This document shows, piece after piece, positions 41,842 to 52,800 of a stretch of 64,000 bases of DNA; the first letter of the stretch is position 1, and each line of letters begins with the position of its first letter. Source of the DNA: Pseudonocardiales bacterium (GTDB taxonomy: Bacteria > Actinomycetota > Actinomycetes > Mycobacteriales > QHCD01); the NCBI GenBank assembly GCA_003244255.1, contig QHCD01000073.1:30444-94443 (forward strand). The letters are read 5' to 3'. The translations under genes and the position numbers were made by a program. The notes beneath the pieces are model-generated. The model saw only the letters and a list, made by a program, of their open reading frames with translations, was not told where the DNA came from and did not search any database.

Positions 41842-42474
41842 GTGAGCATCGACGGCGTCCCAGGGACGCCGGCCGCCCGGCTGGTCGTGCTCGCCTCCGG
41901 CACCGGAACCCTGCTGCAGGCCCTGCTCGACGCGTGCCAGCGCCCGGAGTACCCGGCTCGCGTCGTCGCCGTCGGATCTGACCGGGTCGACGCCGAGGCC
42001 CTAGTCCGGGCCCAGCACGCGGGCGTCGCGGCCTTCGCCCTGCCCGTCCGCGCCTACCCCAACCGCGACGAGTGGGACCGCGCGCTCGGCGAGGAGGTGG
42101 CAGGGCACCGGCCCGACGTCGTCGTCCTGGCGGGTTTTATGAAGCTGCTGAGCAGCGAGTTCCTCAACCGGTTCCCGTCCCGCGTGATCAACACGCACCC
42201 CGCGTTGCTGCCCGCATTCCCTGGCATGCATGGCGTTCGGGACGCGCTGGCCTACGGCGTCAAGGTCACCGGCTGCACGCTGTTCGTCGTCGACGACGGC
42301 GTCGACGGCGGCCCCGTTGTGGCGCAGGCCGCCGTGCCGGTCGCCGACATCGACGACGAGAGGTCGCTGCACGAACGCATCAAGGTGGCCGAACGCGCCA
42401 TGCTGGTCGACACCCTGGACCGCATGTGCCGGCTCGGCTGGACCGTCACCGGCCGGAGGGTGAGCATCCCGTGA
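41842..42474 (+). CDS. purN: phosphoribosylglycinamide formyltransferase
   Basis: [15 protein letters not shown] and [12 protein letters not shown] motifs. GTG at 41842. Confidence 0.94.
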   Translation: MSIDGVPGTPAARLVVLASGTGTLLQALLDACQRPEYPARVVAVGSDRVDAEALVRAQHAGVAAFALPVRAYPNRDEWDRALGEEVAGHRPDVVVLAGFMKLLSSEFLNRFPSRVINTHPALLPAFPGMHGVRDALAYGVKVTGCTLFVVDDGVDGGPVVAQAAVPVADIDDERSLHERIKVAERAMLVDTLDRMCRLGWTVTGRRVSIP

Positions 42475-44039
42475 CCGTTCCCGCGACCGGGCCCGCGGCC
42501 GATGCCCGCCAGCCGATCCGGCGGGCGCTGATCAGCGTCTATGACAAGGCCGGCCTCTCCGATCTCGCCCGCGGGCTGCACGCCGCCGGCGTGGTGATCA
42601 TCTCCACCGGCTCGACGGCGCAGGCGATCGCGGCCGCCGGTGTACCGGTGACACCGGTCGAGGCGGTGACGCAGTCACCGGAGATGCTCGACGGCCGGGT
42701 GAAGACGCTGCATCCCAACATCCACGCCGGGCTGCTCGCCGACCTGCGCAAGGCCGAGCACCGCACGCAGCTCGCCGATCGTGGCATCGAACCGATCGGC
42801 CTGCTGGTGTCGAACCTCTACCCGTTCCGGGAAACGGCGGCCTCAGGCGTCGACGACGATGACGTCGTCGAGCAGATCGACATCGGCGGTCCGGCAATGG
42901 TGCGGGCAGCGGCGAAGAACCACCCGAGCGTCGCCGTCGTCGTCGATCCGGTCGGATACGACGACCTGCTCGCGGTCGTGCGTGCCGGCGGGTTCGACCT
43001 GGCGGCACGGCGGACGCTGGCCGCCCGCGCGTTTGCGTACACAGCCGCGTACGACGTAGCCGTTGCATCGTGGTTTGCCCAGCCCGACCACTTCCCGCCG
43101 TTCGTCGGCATCGCGGCCGAACGCGCGGAAACCCTTAGGTACGGCGAGAATCCCCACCAACAGGCGGCGCTGTACGTCGATCACGACGCGCCGCCCGGGC
43201 TGGCGCAGGCCGCGCAACTGCATGGCCGGGAGATGTCCTACAACAACTACGTCGACACGGATGCGGCCAGGCGCTCGGTGTTGGACTTCGCGCCGCCTTG
43301 CGTCGCGATCATCAAGCATGCGAACCCGTGCGGCATCGCGGTTGGCGCCGACATCGCCGAGGCGCATCGCAAGGCGCACGCGTGCGATCCGCAGTCGGCG
43401 TACGGCGGCGTGATCGCGACGAACCGCGCCGTCAGCCTCGAGATGGCCGAGCAGGTGTCCGGCATCCTGACCGATGTCATCATCGCGCCGTCCTACGACG
43501 ACGGCGCGCTGGATGTGCTGCGGCGAAGGAAGAACATCCGCATCCTCCGTTGCGAGCCGCCGGCCGAGAGGTCACCGGTGGAGCTGCACCAGATCACCGG
43601 CGGCCTGCTGGTGCAAACCGTCGACCGGGTCGACGCTGCCGGCGACGAGCCGGCTGGATGGACGCTCGCCACCGGCGAGCCGGTCGGCAGTGAAACGCTG
43701 GCCGATCTCGCATTTGCCTGGCGCGCAGTGCGATCGGTGAAGTCCAACGCGATCGCGCTGGCGCATGACCGCGCGACCGTCGGCATCGGGATGGGGCAGG
43801 TGAGCCGGGTCGACGCCGCGCGGCTGGCCGTCGCCCGCGCGGGCGTCCGCACCGCCGGCAGCGTCGCCGCGAGCGATGCGTTCTTTCCGTTCCCCGACGG
43901 CCTGCAGGTGCTGATCGACGCGGGCGTCAGGATCGTCGTGCAGCCCGGCGGATCCATCCGCGACCGCGAGGTGATCGAGGCCGCGCAGGCCGCCCGCATC
44001 ACGATGTACCTCACCGACGTCCGGCACTTCTATCACTGA
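42471..44039 (+). CDS. purH: bifunctional AICAR formyltransferase / IMP cyclohydrolase
   Basis: [20 protein letters not shown] and IIKHANPCG motifs. GTGA overlap with purN. Confidence 0.96.
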   Translation: MTVPATGPAADARQPIRRALISVYDKAGLSDLARGLHAAGVVIISTGSTAQAIAAAGVPVTPVEAVTQSPEMLDGRVKTLHPNIHAGLLADLRKAEHRTQLADRGIEPIGLLVSNLYPFRETAASGVDDDDVVEQIDIGGPAMVRAAAKNHPSVAVVVDPVGYDDLLAVVRAGGFDLAARRTLAARAFAYTAAYDVAVASWFAQPDHFPPFVGIAAERAETLRYGENPHQQAALYVDHDAPPGLAQAAQLHGREMSYNNYVDTDAARRSVLDFAPPCVAIIKHANPCGIAVGADIAEAHRKAHACDPQSAYGGVIATNRAVSLEMAEQVSGILTDVIIAPSYDDGALDVLRRRKNIRILRCEPPAERSPVELHQITGGLLVQTVDRVDAAGDEPAGWTLATGEPVGSETLADLAFAWRAVRSVKSNAIALAHDRATVGIGMGQVSRVDAARLAVARAGVRTAGSVAASDAFFPFPDGLQVLIDAGVRIVVQPGGSIRDREVIEAAQAARITMYLTDVRHFYH

Positions 44040-44187
44040 CCCATCCATGATCAAGCTGAGCCGGTCCTGGCGACGATTGCGAGCAAGTGCCAGCCGTTCC
44101 GTGTCAAGTTCCGATGGCTGGTCGTGACAGACGCCGTCGTGATGGCCGTAGGCACCCGCCAGCCGGACGGATCCGACCGGCGCGCGG

Positions 44188-44598
44188 TTATCGCAGGCCC
44201 GGGGCGGCGACCGGCAGGCCGGCTCGGCGAGCCGCGACGAGCAGGCGCTCGTCGTACGCAACGAACGCCTGCACGGCCTCGCCGGAGACGGACCCGACGT
44301 GCTCGGCGGTCGCCACGTGGATGGCGTCCAGCGACCGCAGGCGGGGGTCGGTGTAGGCGGCGGCCCGGGCGATCACCGCAGGCGACACGGTGACGACGCC
44401 GATGCCGCGAAGTACGTCGGCCGCCCGGGCGGCGCGCCGCGGAGCACTGCGCCGGGTGGCGCGCATGAGTTCCACCTCGATCAGCACCGACGAGAGCACC
44501 GGGATGCCCGGGCGTTCGCGAAACCACCGGGACAGGGCGGCACTGTGGGCTTCGGCCCGGACCAGCTTCATCGCGCCGGACGTGTCGAGGTAGATCAC
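44188..44598 (-). CDS. vapC: type II toxin VapC (PIN domain)
   Basis: MIYLDTSGAMKL...SLDAIHVATA, with the acidic PIN residues present. Confidence 0.88.
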   Translation of the reverse strand: MIYLDTSGAMKLVRAEAHSAALSRWFRERPGIPVLSSVLIEVELMRATRRSAPRRAARAADVLRGIGVVTVSPAVIARAAAYTDPRLRSLDAIHVATAEHVGSVSGEAVQAFVAYDERLLVAARRAGLPVAAPGLR

Positions 44599-44876
44599 CC
44601 GTCACCAGCGGGTTCGCCGTACCGGTCCACCATGATCGCGTCCACGCCGGCCGAATCCGAGGTCGTCGCCGCGGACTCGGCGAACAGCGGCAGCGAGCCC
44701 CGGGCCGGGCGTAGTTCCCCGGATTCGACCAATCCGTCGAGCGGGTCGGGCTGGGCCGGCTCGATGATGGCCACCCGGCGGCCGTTTCGGGTGATCGCCA
44801 CCCGCTCGCCCATCTCGACCCGGGCCAACACGTCGGCGGTGTGCTGGTTCAGCTCACGGATGGGGACCTGTCGCAT
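44595..44876 (-). CDS. vapB: type II antitoxin, Phd/YefM-like
   Basis: MRQVPIRELNQHTADVLARVEMGERVAITRNGRRVAIIEP. ATGA overlap with vapC. Confidence 0.88.
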   Translation of the reverse strand: MRQVPIRELNQHTADVLARVEMGERVAITRNGRRVAIIEPAQPDPLDGLVESGELRPARGSLPLFAESAATTSDSAGVDAIMVDRYGEPAGDG

Positions 44877-44884
44877 GGCGGCTA

Positions 44885-44906
44885 GTGTACTACACCACCG
44901 TACTAC
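44885..44906 (-). promoter_or_regulatory. candidate vapBC operator
   Basis: TGTACTACA palindrome plus a GTACTAC direct repeat (44887-44893 and 44900-44906), within 30 nt upstream of the vapB start. Confidence 0.3.
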
Positions 44907-44911
44907 GTTGG

Positions 44912-45727
44912 CTAACGATCGGTGCCGGCGTCGAGAACCGGCTTCACGTCCAGGATCGGCGTGCCGTCCAGCGCCTCCAGCCCGCGCACCAGCAACTTGT
45001 CGCCGTCGACGTCGAGGATCTGCACCCGGTGCAGGCCGATCGGATTCGGGCGGTCCGGCGACCGGGTGCTGAAGACGCCCCGTTCGGGCCGGCCCGGATC
45101 CGACCGCGGGTGCACGCGCTGCACACCACGGTCGGCGCGGTGCAGCCAGGTGAGCAGCAGCACGTCGTCGCCAACGGCCAGGTCACGCGCCGCCTCGCGG
45201 ACGTCGGGTGCGAAGACCAGCCAGGCGTCCGGCGCGCCCTCGTCGCCCTGCCTCGGCGCGGCGCGGGCGTCGGCCAGCGGCGACTCGACCCGGCCGATCA
45301 CGCGCACGTCGTACCGGGCCCCGTCACCGCGACCCAGCCGCGCCTCCGGGCGCGTGGGCTCGAACAGCTCGACCGGGTTGCCGGCCGGGTCCTCGATCAG
45401 CACCTGCCGGCCGCCGACTCCTTCGACGACGTCGTTGCGGAAGCTGACGCCGGCGGCTCGCAGCGCCGCCACCCTGTCGTCGAGGTCGGAAACCTCGACG
45501 GCGAACCGGTTCCAGCCGCCGGGTGCCGGGATCGTGCCATCGGGCATCGCCTGACCACCGCCGCCCTGCCCGCTGGGCGCGCTGAGAACCAGCCGGAGGT
45601 CGCCGCGGGAGAGCATCGCGAAGCTCGGCGCCGGGTGCATGTCCTCGCCGAAGCCCAGCTGCCCGCAGTAGAACTCGATGGCGGCGTCGACGTCGTCGAC
45701 GATGTAGCGAACGGTCACGGTCGGCAT
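44912..45727 (-). CDS. fusion protein: N-terminal VOC/glyoxalase fold plus C-terminal TsaA/TrmO-like (YaeB) domain
   Basis: N-terminal half: YIVDDVDAAIEFY...LIEDPAGNPVELFEP. C-terminal half: GVFSTRSPDRPNPIGLHRV...LDGTPILDVKPV. The ATG at 45727 is preceded by agggag. Confidence 0.85.
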   Translation of the reverse strand: MPTVTVRYIVDDVDAAIEFYCGQLGFGEDMHPAPSFAMLSRGDLRLVLSAPSGQGGGGQAMPDGTIPAPGGWNRFAVEVSDLDDRVAALRAAGVSFRNDVVEGVGGRQVLIEDPAGNPVELFEPTRPEARLGRGDGARYDVRVIGRVESPLADARAAPRQGDEGAPDAWLVFAPDVREAARDLAVGDDVLLLTWLHRADRGVQRVHPRSDPGRPERGVFSTRSPDRPNPIGLHRVQILDVDGDKLLVRGLEALDGTPILDVKPVLDAGTDR

Positions 45728-45813
45728 GGCGTCTCCCTCTGGCCGCACGTTACCCCGACCGCCAGGTGCCGGGTCGGACCGCTCGGCGCGCCGGCGTCCG
45801 GCATGATCGAAAC

Positions 45814-46416
45814 GTGACCGAGCCGGCGGACGCCGACGTCGACGGCGACTATGCGCGAGTCGACTGGGAGTACGAGGAGTTCGACGGCAGGAGTTTCGTC
45901 CGCTGCCGCTTCGACGATGCGCGGCTTTCGGAGATCACCACGCGCCAGTGCGTGTTCGAGGAATGCGACTTCTCCGGCACCCGGCTCGCATCGTCGGTGC
46001 ACGAGGGATCGGCGTTCCTGCGGTGCAGGTTCCGCCGCAGCAACCTCTTCGACGCGACGTTCCACGACTGCAAGATGACCGGCTCGCAGTTCGGGGCGGC
46101 GGTGGTCAGACCGATTCGGATCGAGGGCGGCGACTGGTCCTACGTCGCGCTGCGCGGCGCGGAACTCGCGGGTATCGACCTCTCCGGCGTCCGCCTCGCC
46201 GAAGCCGACCTGACCGACGCGGACCTCTCGGGGGTTCAGTTCGCCGGCGCCGATCTCTCCCACACCCGGCTGCGGAGCGCGAAGCTCAAGGGCGCCGACC
46301 TGCGCGGTGCGCGGACCGAGGCTCTGGACTGGCTCTCGATCGACATCGCCGGCGCATACCTGGACATAGGTCAGGCGATGCAGTTCGCCGCGGCGCACGG
46401 CGCCGCCTTCGACTGA
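45814..46416 (+). CDS. MfpA/Qnr-like pentapeptide-repeat protein
   Basis: FSECDFSG-like pentapeptide units throughout. The C-terminus DIGQAMQFAAAHGAAF resembles the MfpA tail as I recall it. GTG at 45814; the track start is 45766. Confidence 0.85.
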   Translation: MTEPADADVDGDYARVDWEYEEFDGRSFVRCRFDDARLSEITTRQCVFEECDFSGTRLASSVHEGSAFLRCRFRRSNLFDATFHDCKMTGSQFGAAVVRPIRIEGGDWSYVALRGAELAGIDLSGVRLAEADLTDADLSGVQFAGADLSHTRLRSAKLKGADLRGARTEALDWLSIDIAGAYLDIGQAMQFAAAHGAAFD

Positions 46417-46459
46417 AGCCGGGTGAGCAGCGGTGGCCGTATCGGGCAGACTGTCGGGC

Positions 46460-47323
46460 GTGACGGCCATGGTGCTCGACGGGAGGGCCACCCTCGCCGC
46501 GGTCCTCGCCGACCTCCGCGGACGCGTCGACAGGCTCGCTGCGCACGGTCGTCGACCCGGCCTCGGAACGGTCATCGTCGGCGACGATCCGGGGTCGCAC
46601 TCCTACGTCGCCGGCAAGCACCGCGATTGCGCGAAGGTCGGCATCACCAGCATGGCGCGCGAGCTCCCGGCGGAGTCGAGCCAGCACGACGTGATCGCCG
46701 TCGTCGACGAGCTGAACGCCGATCCCGCGTGTACCGGCTACATCGTGCAGCTGCCGCTGCCGGCCGGGTTGGACGCCAACGCGGCACTGGAGCGCCTCGA
46801 CCCCGCGAAGGACGCCGACGGCCTGCATCCCACGAACCTCGGCTGGCTGGTGCTCGGCCGGCCGGCACCGCTGCCCTGCACACCGCGGGGCATCGTCGAG
46901 CTGCTGCGCCGGTTCGACGTCCCGATCGACGGCGCGGACGTGGTGGTGATCGGACGCGGACTCACCGTCGGCCGCCCACTCGGGCTGTTGTTCACGCGCA
47001 AGAGCGAGAATGCGACCGTGACCTTGTGCCACACCGGGACCCGCGATCTCGCGGCACACCTGCGCCGCGCCGACATCGTCGTTGCCGCGGCGGGCTCGCC
47101 CGGGCTGGTCACCGCGGCCGACATCAAGGACGGCGCGGCGGTGCTGGACGTCGGTACCACGCGCTCGGACGCCGGCCTGATCGGTGACGTCGACCCGTCC
47201 GTCGCGGACGTCGCCGGATACCTCGCGCCGATGCCCGGCGGTGTCGGGCCGATGACCCGGGCGATGCTGCTCACGAACGTCGTCGAGGCGGCCGAGCGAT
47301 CGCTGGAGCACGCCGATGGCTGA
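46460..47323 (+). CDS. folD: bifunctional methylenetetrahydrofolate dehydrogenase / methenyl-THF cyclohydrolase
   Basis: [11 protein letters not shown]..., [29 protein letters not shown]. Confidence 0.95.
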   Translation: MTAMVLDGRATLAAVLADLRGRVDRLAAHGRRPGLGTVIVGDDPGSHSYVAGKHRDCAKVGITSMARELPAESSQHDVIAVVDELNADPACTGYIVQLPLPAGLDANAALERLDPAKDADGLHPTNLGWLVLGRPAPLPCTPRGIVELLRRFDVPIDGADVVVIGRGLTVGRPLGLLFTRKSENATVTLCHTGTRDLAAHLRRADIVVAAAGSPGLVTAADIKDGAAVLDVGTTRSDAGLIGDVDPSVADVAGYLAPMPGGVGPMTRAMLLTNVVEAAERSLEHADG

Positions 47324-47729
47324 TCCCACCGACCTGCAGCCCCGACTCGATGAGACGCCGCTGGCCGTCGCGAGGTACCCGGCCGGCTGGTGGCCGCCCG
47401 CGACCGTCACCGACTTCGCGGCGCTGGTCGTCGCCGACGACGAGACGACGGTCATCCTGGCCGAGGAGCGGCTCGACGAGCTGCCCACTCCCGCAGCAGC
47501 CGAACGCGGCTGGCGCCGGATAACGTTTCCCGGGCCGCTGCCGTGGGAGGTGGTGGGCTTCCTGGCCGACGTCGCAGGGCGGCTCGCGGCGGCTCGCGTC
47601 CCGTTCACCTCGATGTCCGGCTTCACCACCGACCACGTCCTGGTGCGGGCAGCACAGAGCGAGACGGCGCTCGCGGTCCTGCGCGGCGAGCCGGCGCCGG
47701 CCATGCGGCCCGACGTCACCAACCCGTGA
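47316..47729 (+). CDS. ACT-domain-like small protein
   Basis: [38 protein letters not shown]. Overlaps the folD stop by 8 nt. Confidence 0.65.
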   Translation: MADPTDLQPRLDETPLAVARYPAGWWPPATVTDFAALVVADDETTVILAEERLDELPTPAAAERGWRRITFPGPLPWEVVGFLADVAGRLAAARVPFTSMSGFTTDHVLVRAAQSETALAVLRGEPAPAMRPDVTNP

Positions 47730-48025
47730 GAGCCGACGGCCGGCTCCGCGGGCACAACCTGCGCGACCTGCCCTGGATCCTGGTGCTCCTCGCCGCCGGG
47801 GCCGGCCCGTTCTACATCGCCGTAGCGCCGAAGCACTGGCTGCGCGGCGTGCTGATCCTGGCCGGTGCGATGCTGCTCGGCGCGGTGCTTCGGCTGGTGC
47901 TTCCGGCCCGCAGGGCCGGACCACTGGCCGTGCGCAGCCGCGCGTTCGACGTCGTCTGTTATCTCGGGTCGGCCGTGATGATCGTCACTCTCGGCCTCTG
48001 GCTGCGTCACTCGGGCCAGACCTGA
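47726..48025 (+). CDS. DUF3017-like small membrane protein
   Basis: Three hydrophobic segments (LPWILVLLAAGAGPFYIAV...). GTGA overlap with the preceding gene. Confidence 0.65.
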   Translation: MRADGRLRGHNLRDLPWILVLLAAGAGPFYIAVAPKHWLRGVLILAGAMLLGAVLRLVLPARRAGPLAVRSRAFDVVCYLGSAVMIVTLGLWLRHSGQT

Positions 48026-48093
48026 GCGGCCCTCGGCTAGCCTGCGGGCAGTCCCCGCGGCGACGCGCCCGCGATCGGTTGGAGTGAGGATCG

Positions 48094-49053
48094 ATGAGCG
48101 AGAACCACGGCAAGGTGACCGTCGTCGGCGCGGGCTTCTACGGCTCCACGACGGCGATGCGTCTCGCGGAGTACGACGTGTTCGAGACCGTAGTGCTCAC
48201 CGACATCGTCGACGGCAAGCCCGAGGGAATCGCGCTGGACATGAACCAGTCCGCGCCGGTCGAGGGCTTCACGACGAAGGTCATCGGTCAGACCACGGGG
48301 CCGGACGGCTCCGGCTATGAGGCGATCGCCGGGTCCGAGGTCGTCGTCGTCACCGCAGGTCTGCCGCGCAAGCCGGGCATGAGCCGGATGGACCTGCTCG
48401 AGACGAACGCGAAGATCGTGCGCGGTGTCGCGGGGGAGGTCGCGCGGCATGCGCCCGACGCCGTCGTCATCGTCGTTTCGAACCCGCTGGATGAGATGAC
48501 GGCGCTGGCACAGCTCGCCACCGGGTTCCCGAAGTCCCGTGTGCTCGGCCAGGCCGGGATGCTCGACACCGCGCGATTCACGTACTTCGTCGCCGAGGAG
48601 CTGGGCGTCCCGCACACCTCGGTGTCGTGCCTGACGCTCGGCTCGCACGGCGACACGATGGTGCCGGTGCCCTCGCGCTGCGAGGTCGACGGCAAGCCGC
48701 TGACCGAGCTGCTGTCCGCGGCGAAGATCGAGGAGCTGGTCGCGCGGACCCGCGGCGGCGGCGCCGAGGTGGTCGCCCTGCTGAAGACCGGGTCGGCCTA
48801 CTACGCGCCGAGTGCGGCCGCCGCGCGGATGGCGCGCGCCGTGATCGAGGACGCCGGCATCCCGCTGCCGGTCTGCGCCTGGGTCGACGGCGAGTACGGC
48901 ATCGACGGCGTCTACCTCGGTGTCGTCGCGGAGATCGGCGCGGGCGGCGTGCGCGCCGTCACCGAGGTTCCGCTGACCGACGGCGAATTGGCCGCGCTGC
49001 GTGCGGCCGCGGAGACCGTTCGGGCCAAGCAGGCCGACATCGCCAGCCTCTGA
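48094..49053 (+). CDS. mdh: malate dehydrogenase (LDH-like type)
   Basis: KVTVVGAGFYGSTTA Rossmann motif, GLPRKPGMSRMDLL, and the active-site His region LGSHGDTMVP. Confidence 0.94.
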   Translation: MSENHGKVTVVGAGFYGSTTAMRLAEYDVFETVVLTDIVDGKPEGIALDMNQSAPVEGFTTKVIGQTTGPDGSGYEAIAGSEVVVVTAGLPRKPGMSRMDLLETNAKIVRGVAGEVARHAPDAVVIVVSNPLDEMTALAQLATGFPKSRVLGQAGMLDTARFTYFVAEELGVPHTSVSCLTLGSHGDTMVPVPSRCEVDGKPLTELLSAAKIEELVARTRGGGAEVVALLKTGSAYYAPSAAAARMARAVIEDAGIPLPVCAWVDGEYGIDGVYLGVVAEIGAGGVRAVTEVPLTDGELAALRAAAETVRAKQADIASL

Positions 49054-49195
49054 CGGTCGGACGCCGGATCTGGCGGACGGTATTGGCGGGATGCGGTTAA
49101 CGCGGCGTTGCCCGCGGCATGCATCCACGTGCGCTCTGGACCGGTCCGATCGCTCGGGCGAACGGCGGCGTCCGGCGGTTCGGTGTCGAGCCGTG

Positions 49196-49822
49196 TCAGT
49201 GCGCCGCGGCGACGAATTCGGCCGCGAGGAAACGGTTGTTGCCGTCGACGTAGAACACGGCGCCGTCGTGGGCATAGAGCACGAGCGCCGATCCCGACTT
49301 GGGATCGGATTCGACGGTTACCGGCTTGCCGGCGACGTTCGCGGGCTTCGCGGTGAGGCCGGGGCTGTCGGGCTTCGAGCTGTCGACGATTGCCGCGGCC
49401 AGGGCAGCGGCGGGGATGCCCGCGACGTCGAACGCACCCGCATCCAGCGACAGCTTCTTGGCCGGATCGAAGACCTGTGCGTACTGCAGGTCGGCTGGCG
49501 ACTTGCCGTGTCGGTGCAGGAACGCCGTCATCCGCTGGCTCCACGCCGTCCCGCCGAACTGGCCGAAGATGGCCGACCCGTGGGTGCTGATCCGGGTCAG
49601 CGCCGTTCCGTTCAGACTCGCCGGCAGCCGCGCTTCCAGCCGCGGGGCGAGGTGATCCGCCGGGGCGGATGAGGCCGACGACGTCGGCGCCGCGGATGAG
49701 GTGGGCGCCGTCGTCGGTGCGGTGGCCGGGCCCGCGCGGTGACTGCAGCCGGCCAGCAGGGCCGTGGTGATCACGGCCCCGCCGGCCAGCAGTGCGGACG
49801 GGCGGGTCAGAACTCGAAGCAC
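49196..49822 (-). CDS. lipoprotein of unknown function, translationally coupled to the giant secreted protein
   Basis: AVITTALLAGC lipobox and an Ala/Pro/Ser/Thr linker. Its start overlaps the upstream gene's stop by 16 nt. Confidence 0.75.
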   Translation of the reverse strand: MLRVLTRPSALLAGGAVITTALLAGCSHRAGPATAPTTAPTSSAAPTSSASSAPADHLAPRLEARLPASLNGTALTRISTHGSAIFGQFGGTAWSQRMTAFLHRHGKSPADLQYAQVFDPAKKLSLDAGAFDVAGIPAAALAAAIVDSSKPDSPGLTAKPANVAGKPVTVESDPKSGSALVLYAHDGAVFYVDGNNRFLAAEFVAAAH

Positions 49823-52800
49823 TGGCCGGACTCTGGCCCCTGAACGGTGTCGCTGCGATCGGCGTTGGTCGGCGCGGGCAGGTTGGCCGAGCAGCCGAGC
49901 GAGCCGGCTATCCGGTTCTCCGCGACGACGCTGGGTGCGTCGCCGGTGTTGCTGTTGCGCACGCTGACCGATCCGTTGACCTGCGCGCCGTCGAGCGAGA
50001 CGTGCCCGACGACGCCGTCGAGCACGACCGACGACCCGATTGTCGTCCCGGCGACGACGACGTCGCCGCTGCCGCTACCCGCGAGACCGCGGGTGATCGT
50101 CCCGCCGGTGGCGACGAACGAGCCGTTCTCCGCCACCGTGACGCGACCGTTGATCGTCCCCCCGGTGAGGCAGGTCGTGCCGGAGGAGATCCGCAGGTCA
50201 CCGGCGCGCGTCCCGCCGATCACCGAGCCGCAGGTGAGCGGCAGCGCCAGCGCTTCCGCCCGCCGCTGCTTCTGACCCGAGCCCAGGCTGACCGGCGGCG
50301 TCTCGAACGAGACCAGCGCCTGACCGCCGTCGCGCAGCTTGGCCACCTGGGTGGCGGTCAGCGCGATCGTGACCGTGCGAGTGCCCGCGCCGAGGTAGAC
50401 GACCCTGTCCGCGACCAGCCGGCCGCTCATATCGGTACCCCACGGCGGCGAGGTGCCGTCGCTTGCCGAACACGGCGTGAACCCCTGCTCGTAGGGATCC
50501 GACGCGCAGCTGGAGGTGAACACCGGGATGTACGCGTGATCGCCGTTCCAGAGGAACACGTGCATCCGGCCCGATCCGGTGGCGTGCACCGTCAGTGTCG
50601 CGGCGGTGCCCGACAGGCTGGTCTTCGTCACGGCCACCCGGTCGTTCGCCGGAGCCGGATTCTCGCCCGCGAACGGCACCCCGTTCGTCGCCGACTGCCA
50701 GATGGTCTGCGGCGAATCGGCGCCCCGCAGTGCGGTCATCGGGACGATCGGCGTCGTCGGGGTCGTCGACCGACCTGGCGGCGGCTGGTAACCGGCCAGG
50801 TAGGCGTGCCCCCAGTTGTAGGGATCGGACTGCACGCTGCCCCACGCCGACCAGCCGAGACGGGTGCTCTGGTCGATGTGCAGTTGGTTGTCCTCGTCGT
50901 ACGGCGTGATGTTGAAGCCCATGTGCTCGGGGTTGACGACGTTGGTGCTGGCGTCGCCCGTGGGCGCCTTGTCGGTCGGGCCGACCGCGGCCGGAAGGTC
51001 GGCCATCGGGATCTTGACCTCGAGGTTGTAGTAGCCGTCGACGTAGGCGTGCGGCTGGCTCGGGTCGTTGTTGCCGACCCAGGTCGCACTCGAGACGACC
51101 TGCATGCCGGGAGCGTTGGGTGCATCCGGCACGGTCGAGGCGAGCGGGCCGTTGGAGAAGCCCTGGTGGTTGTCGGCGTCGCGCTCCCAGCATGGCTGGT
51201 TCGGGCCGGCATTGCCGAGGGTGTTCGTCGGATCGTTCGTGAACGGGAAGATGCCGGTCTTGAACGTCGTCGACGTGTCGGCGTTGGTCTGCGAGGAGTT
51301 GCCCCGCGGGTCGATCTGGATCTCCACCGAGTCGGTCAACCAGTGCGCGAAGCACTGCTGTGGCGATGCCGCGTAACTCTGCGTGTCGTCGCGGACGTGG
51401 ACGAAGAAATAGAGATTGTCGTTGTTCCACGTGACCTTGGCGTAGGTGCTGTTCGCGTCACCGGGCTGCGCGCCGGCCGCCGTACCGCAGTCGACCCCGG
51501 CCGGGGCACACGCCGTGCCCTGCCAGATCTTCGACAGGTCCAGCGCCGGACCGGAGTACTCGCCGGGACTCTCCGTGGCATCCAGCGTCGGCGCCGTAGT
51601 CGCCTGTGGGATAGTGGTTTGCGGCACCAGGTCGAGCGACAGCGTCTCGCTCGACGAGCCTGCCGGTGCGCTGTACGACGTCGAGATCCCGACCGGATAG
51701 CTGACGCTGCTCGCGATGCCCGGGTCGGTGTTGGTGACGGTGAACTGCACCGTCTTCGTCGCGTTCGGAGCCAGCGAGGAGTAGGGCTTCGACGTCGCAT
51801 CGGCGGTGAAGCCGCTCGGCAGCGTGAGTGCCACCGCGCCGCTCTGTGCCGCCGTCGACCAGTTGTGCACGTCGACGGGAACGGTGATCGACTCGCCAGC
51901 GCCGATCGACTGCACCGCCGGGGAACGGCCCAGGCGCAGCGCCGACGGCGTGGTCTTGGTGACCCAGTTGTCGTACTCGGCGAACTTGCCCCAGCGCTGG
52001 AAGCGGCCCTCGGCAGGCGGCACGATCTGCAGCACGTTGTCGGTGTAGCCGGACTTCGCGCCGGCCGTGAGGTTCGCCGCGATCCTGAATTCGCCGGCGG
52101 CCGCCGACGTTGCGGGGGTGACGGTGAAGGTCGCCGTCGTCTCGCTGTTCGGGTTGATCGGACCGATCCTGGTCGAGCCCGACAGCGCCCAGCCGCTCGG
52201 CACCGTCAGGTGTACCGATCCGGCCGGCAGCGTGCCCTTGCCCGAGCGTGCGTGCACGGTCACCGTCACCGGCTCGCCCGCCACGTTGAAGTAGCGCGAG
52301 AACGTCAGGTACAGCAGCGATCCGAGCGGGAGGCCGCCGGGATCGGGAACCGCGGCGCCGAAGAGCAGCGCGTTGTCGAGACCGGCGCTCGGGTTCGGCG
52401 AGCCGTCGCCGTCGAGGTTTGGCTGGAACGGCACGAACGACTCCGTGACGCCGAAGCGCGAGCAGCTCGGTGCGGCCACCTGCTGGTACATCGTGCGGCT
52501 CTGCGTCGGATACGCGGATCGGCCCTCGGTGGCGACCTGGGCCCAGGACTTGTGGGTGCCGGCGGCGATGCCCTGAATGTTGCCCGCCGGCCAGGTGTAC
52601 GGCGAGTCGTAGCCGTTCCACACACCAGCGACCGTGTCGAGGTTGGTGGGATCGGGAACGAACCCGGTGGTGCAGTTCGGGGCGCTGTTCGTGCCGCCTG
52701 TCCCTGCCGTGCTCCCGCCGGAGACGACCTTCTTCACCTGCCAGGTCGACAACTTGTCCGGCCCGGTCAGCTGGTCGGGGAACATCGTCGGGTCGGCCGC

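Noticed and set aside
44040-44187. Third copy or half-site of the family A repeat (CCATGATCAAGC) after purH, possibly marking vapBC as an insertion
   Set aside because: Only about 9 nt match one arm. There is no loop core and no complementary arm, so it is indistinguishable from chance.
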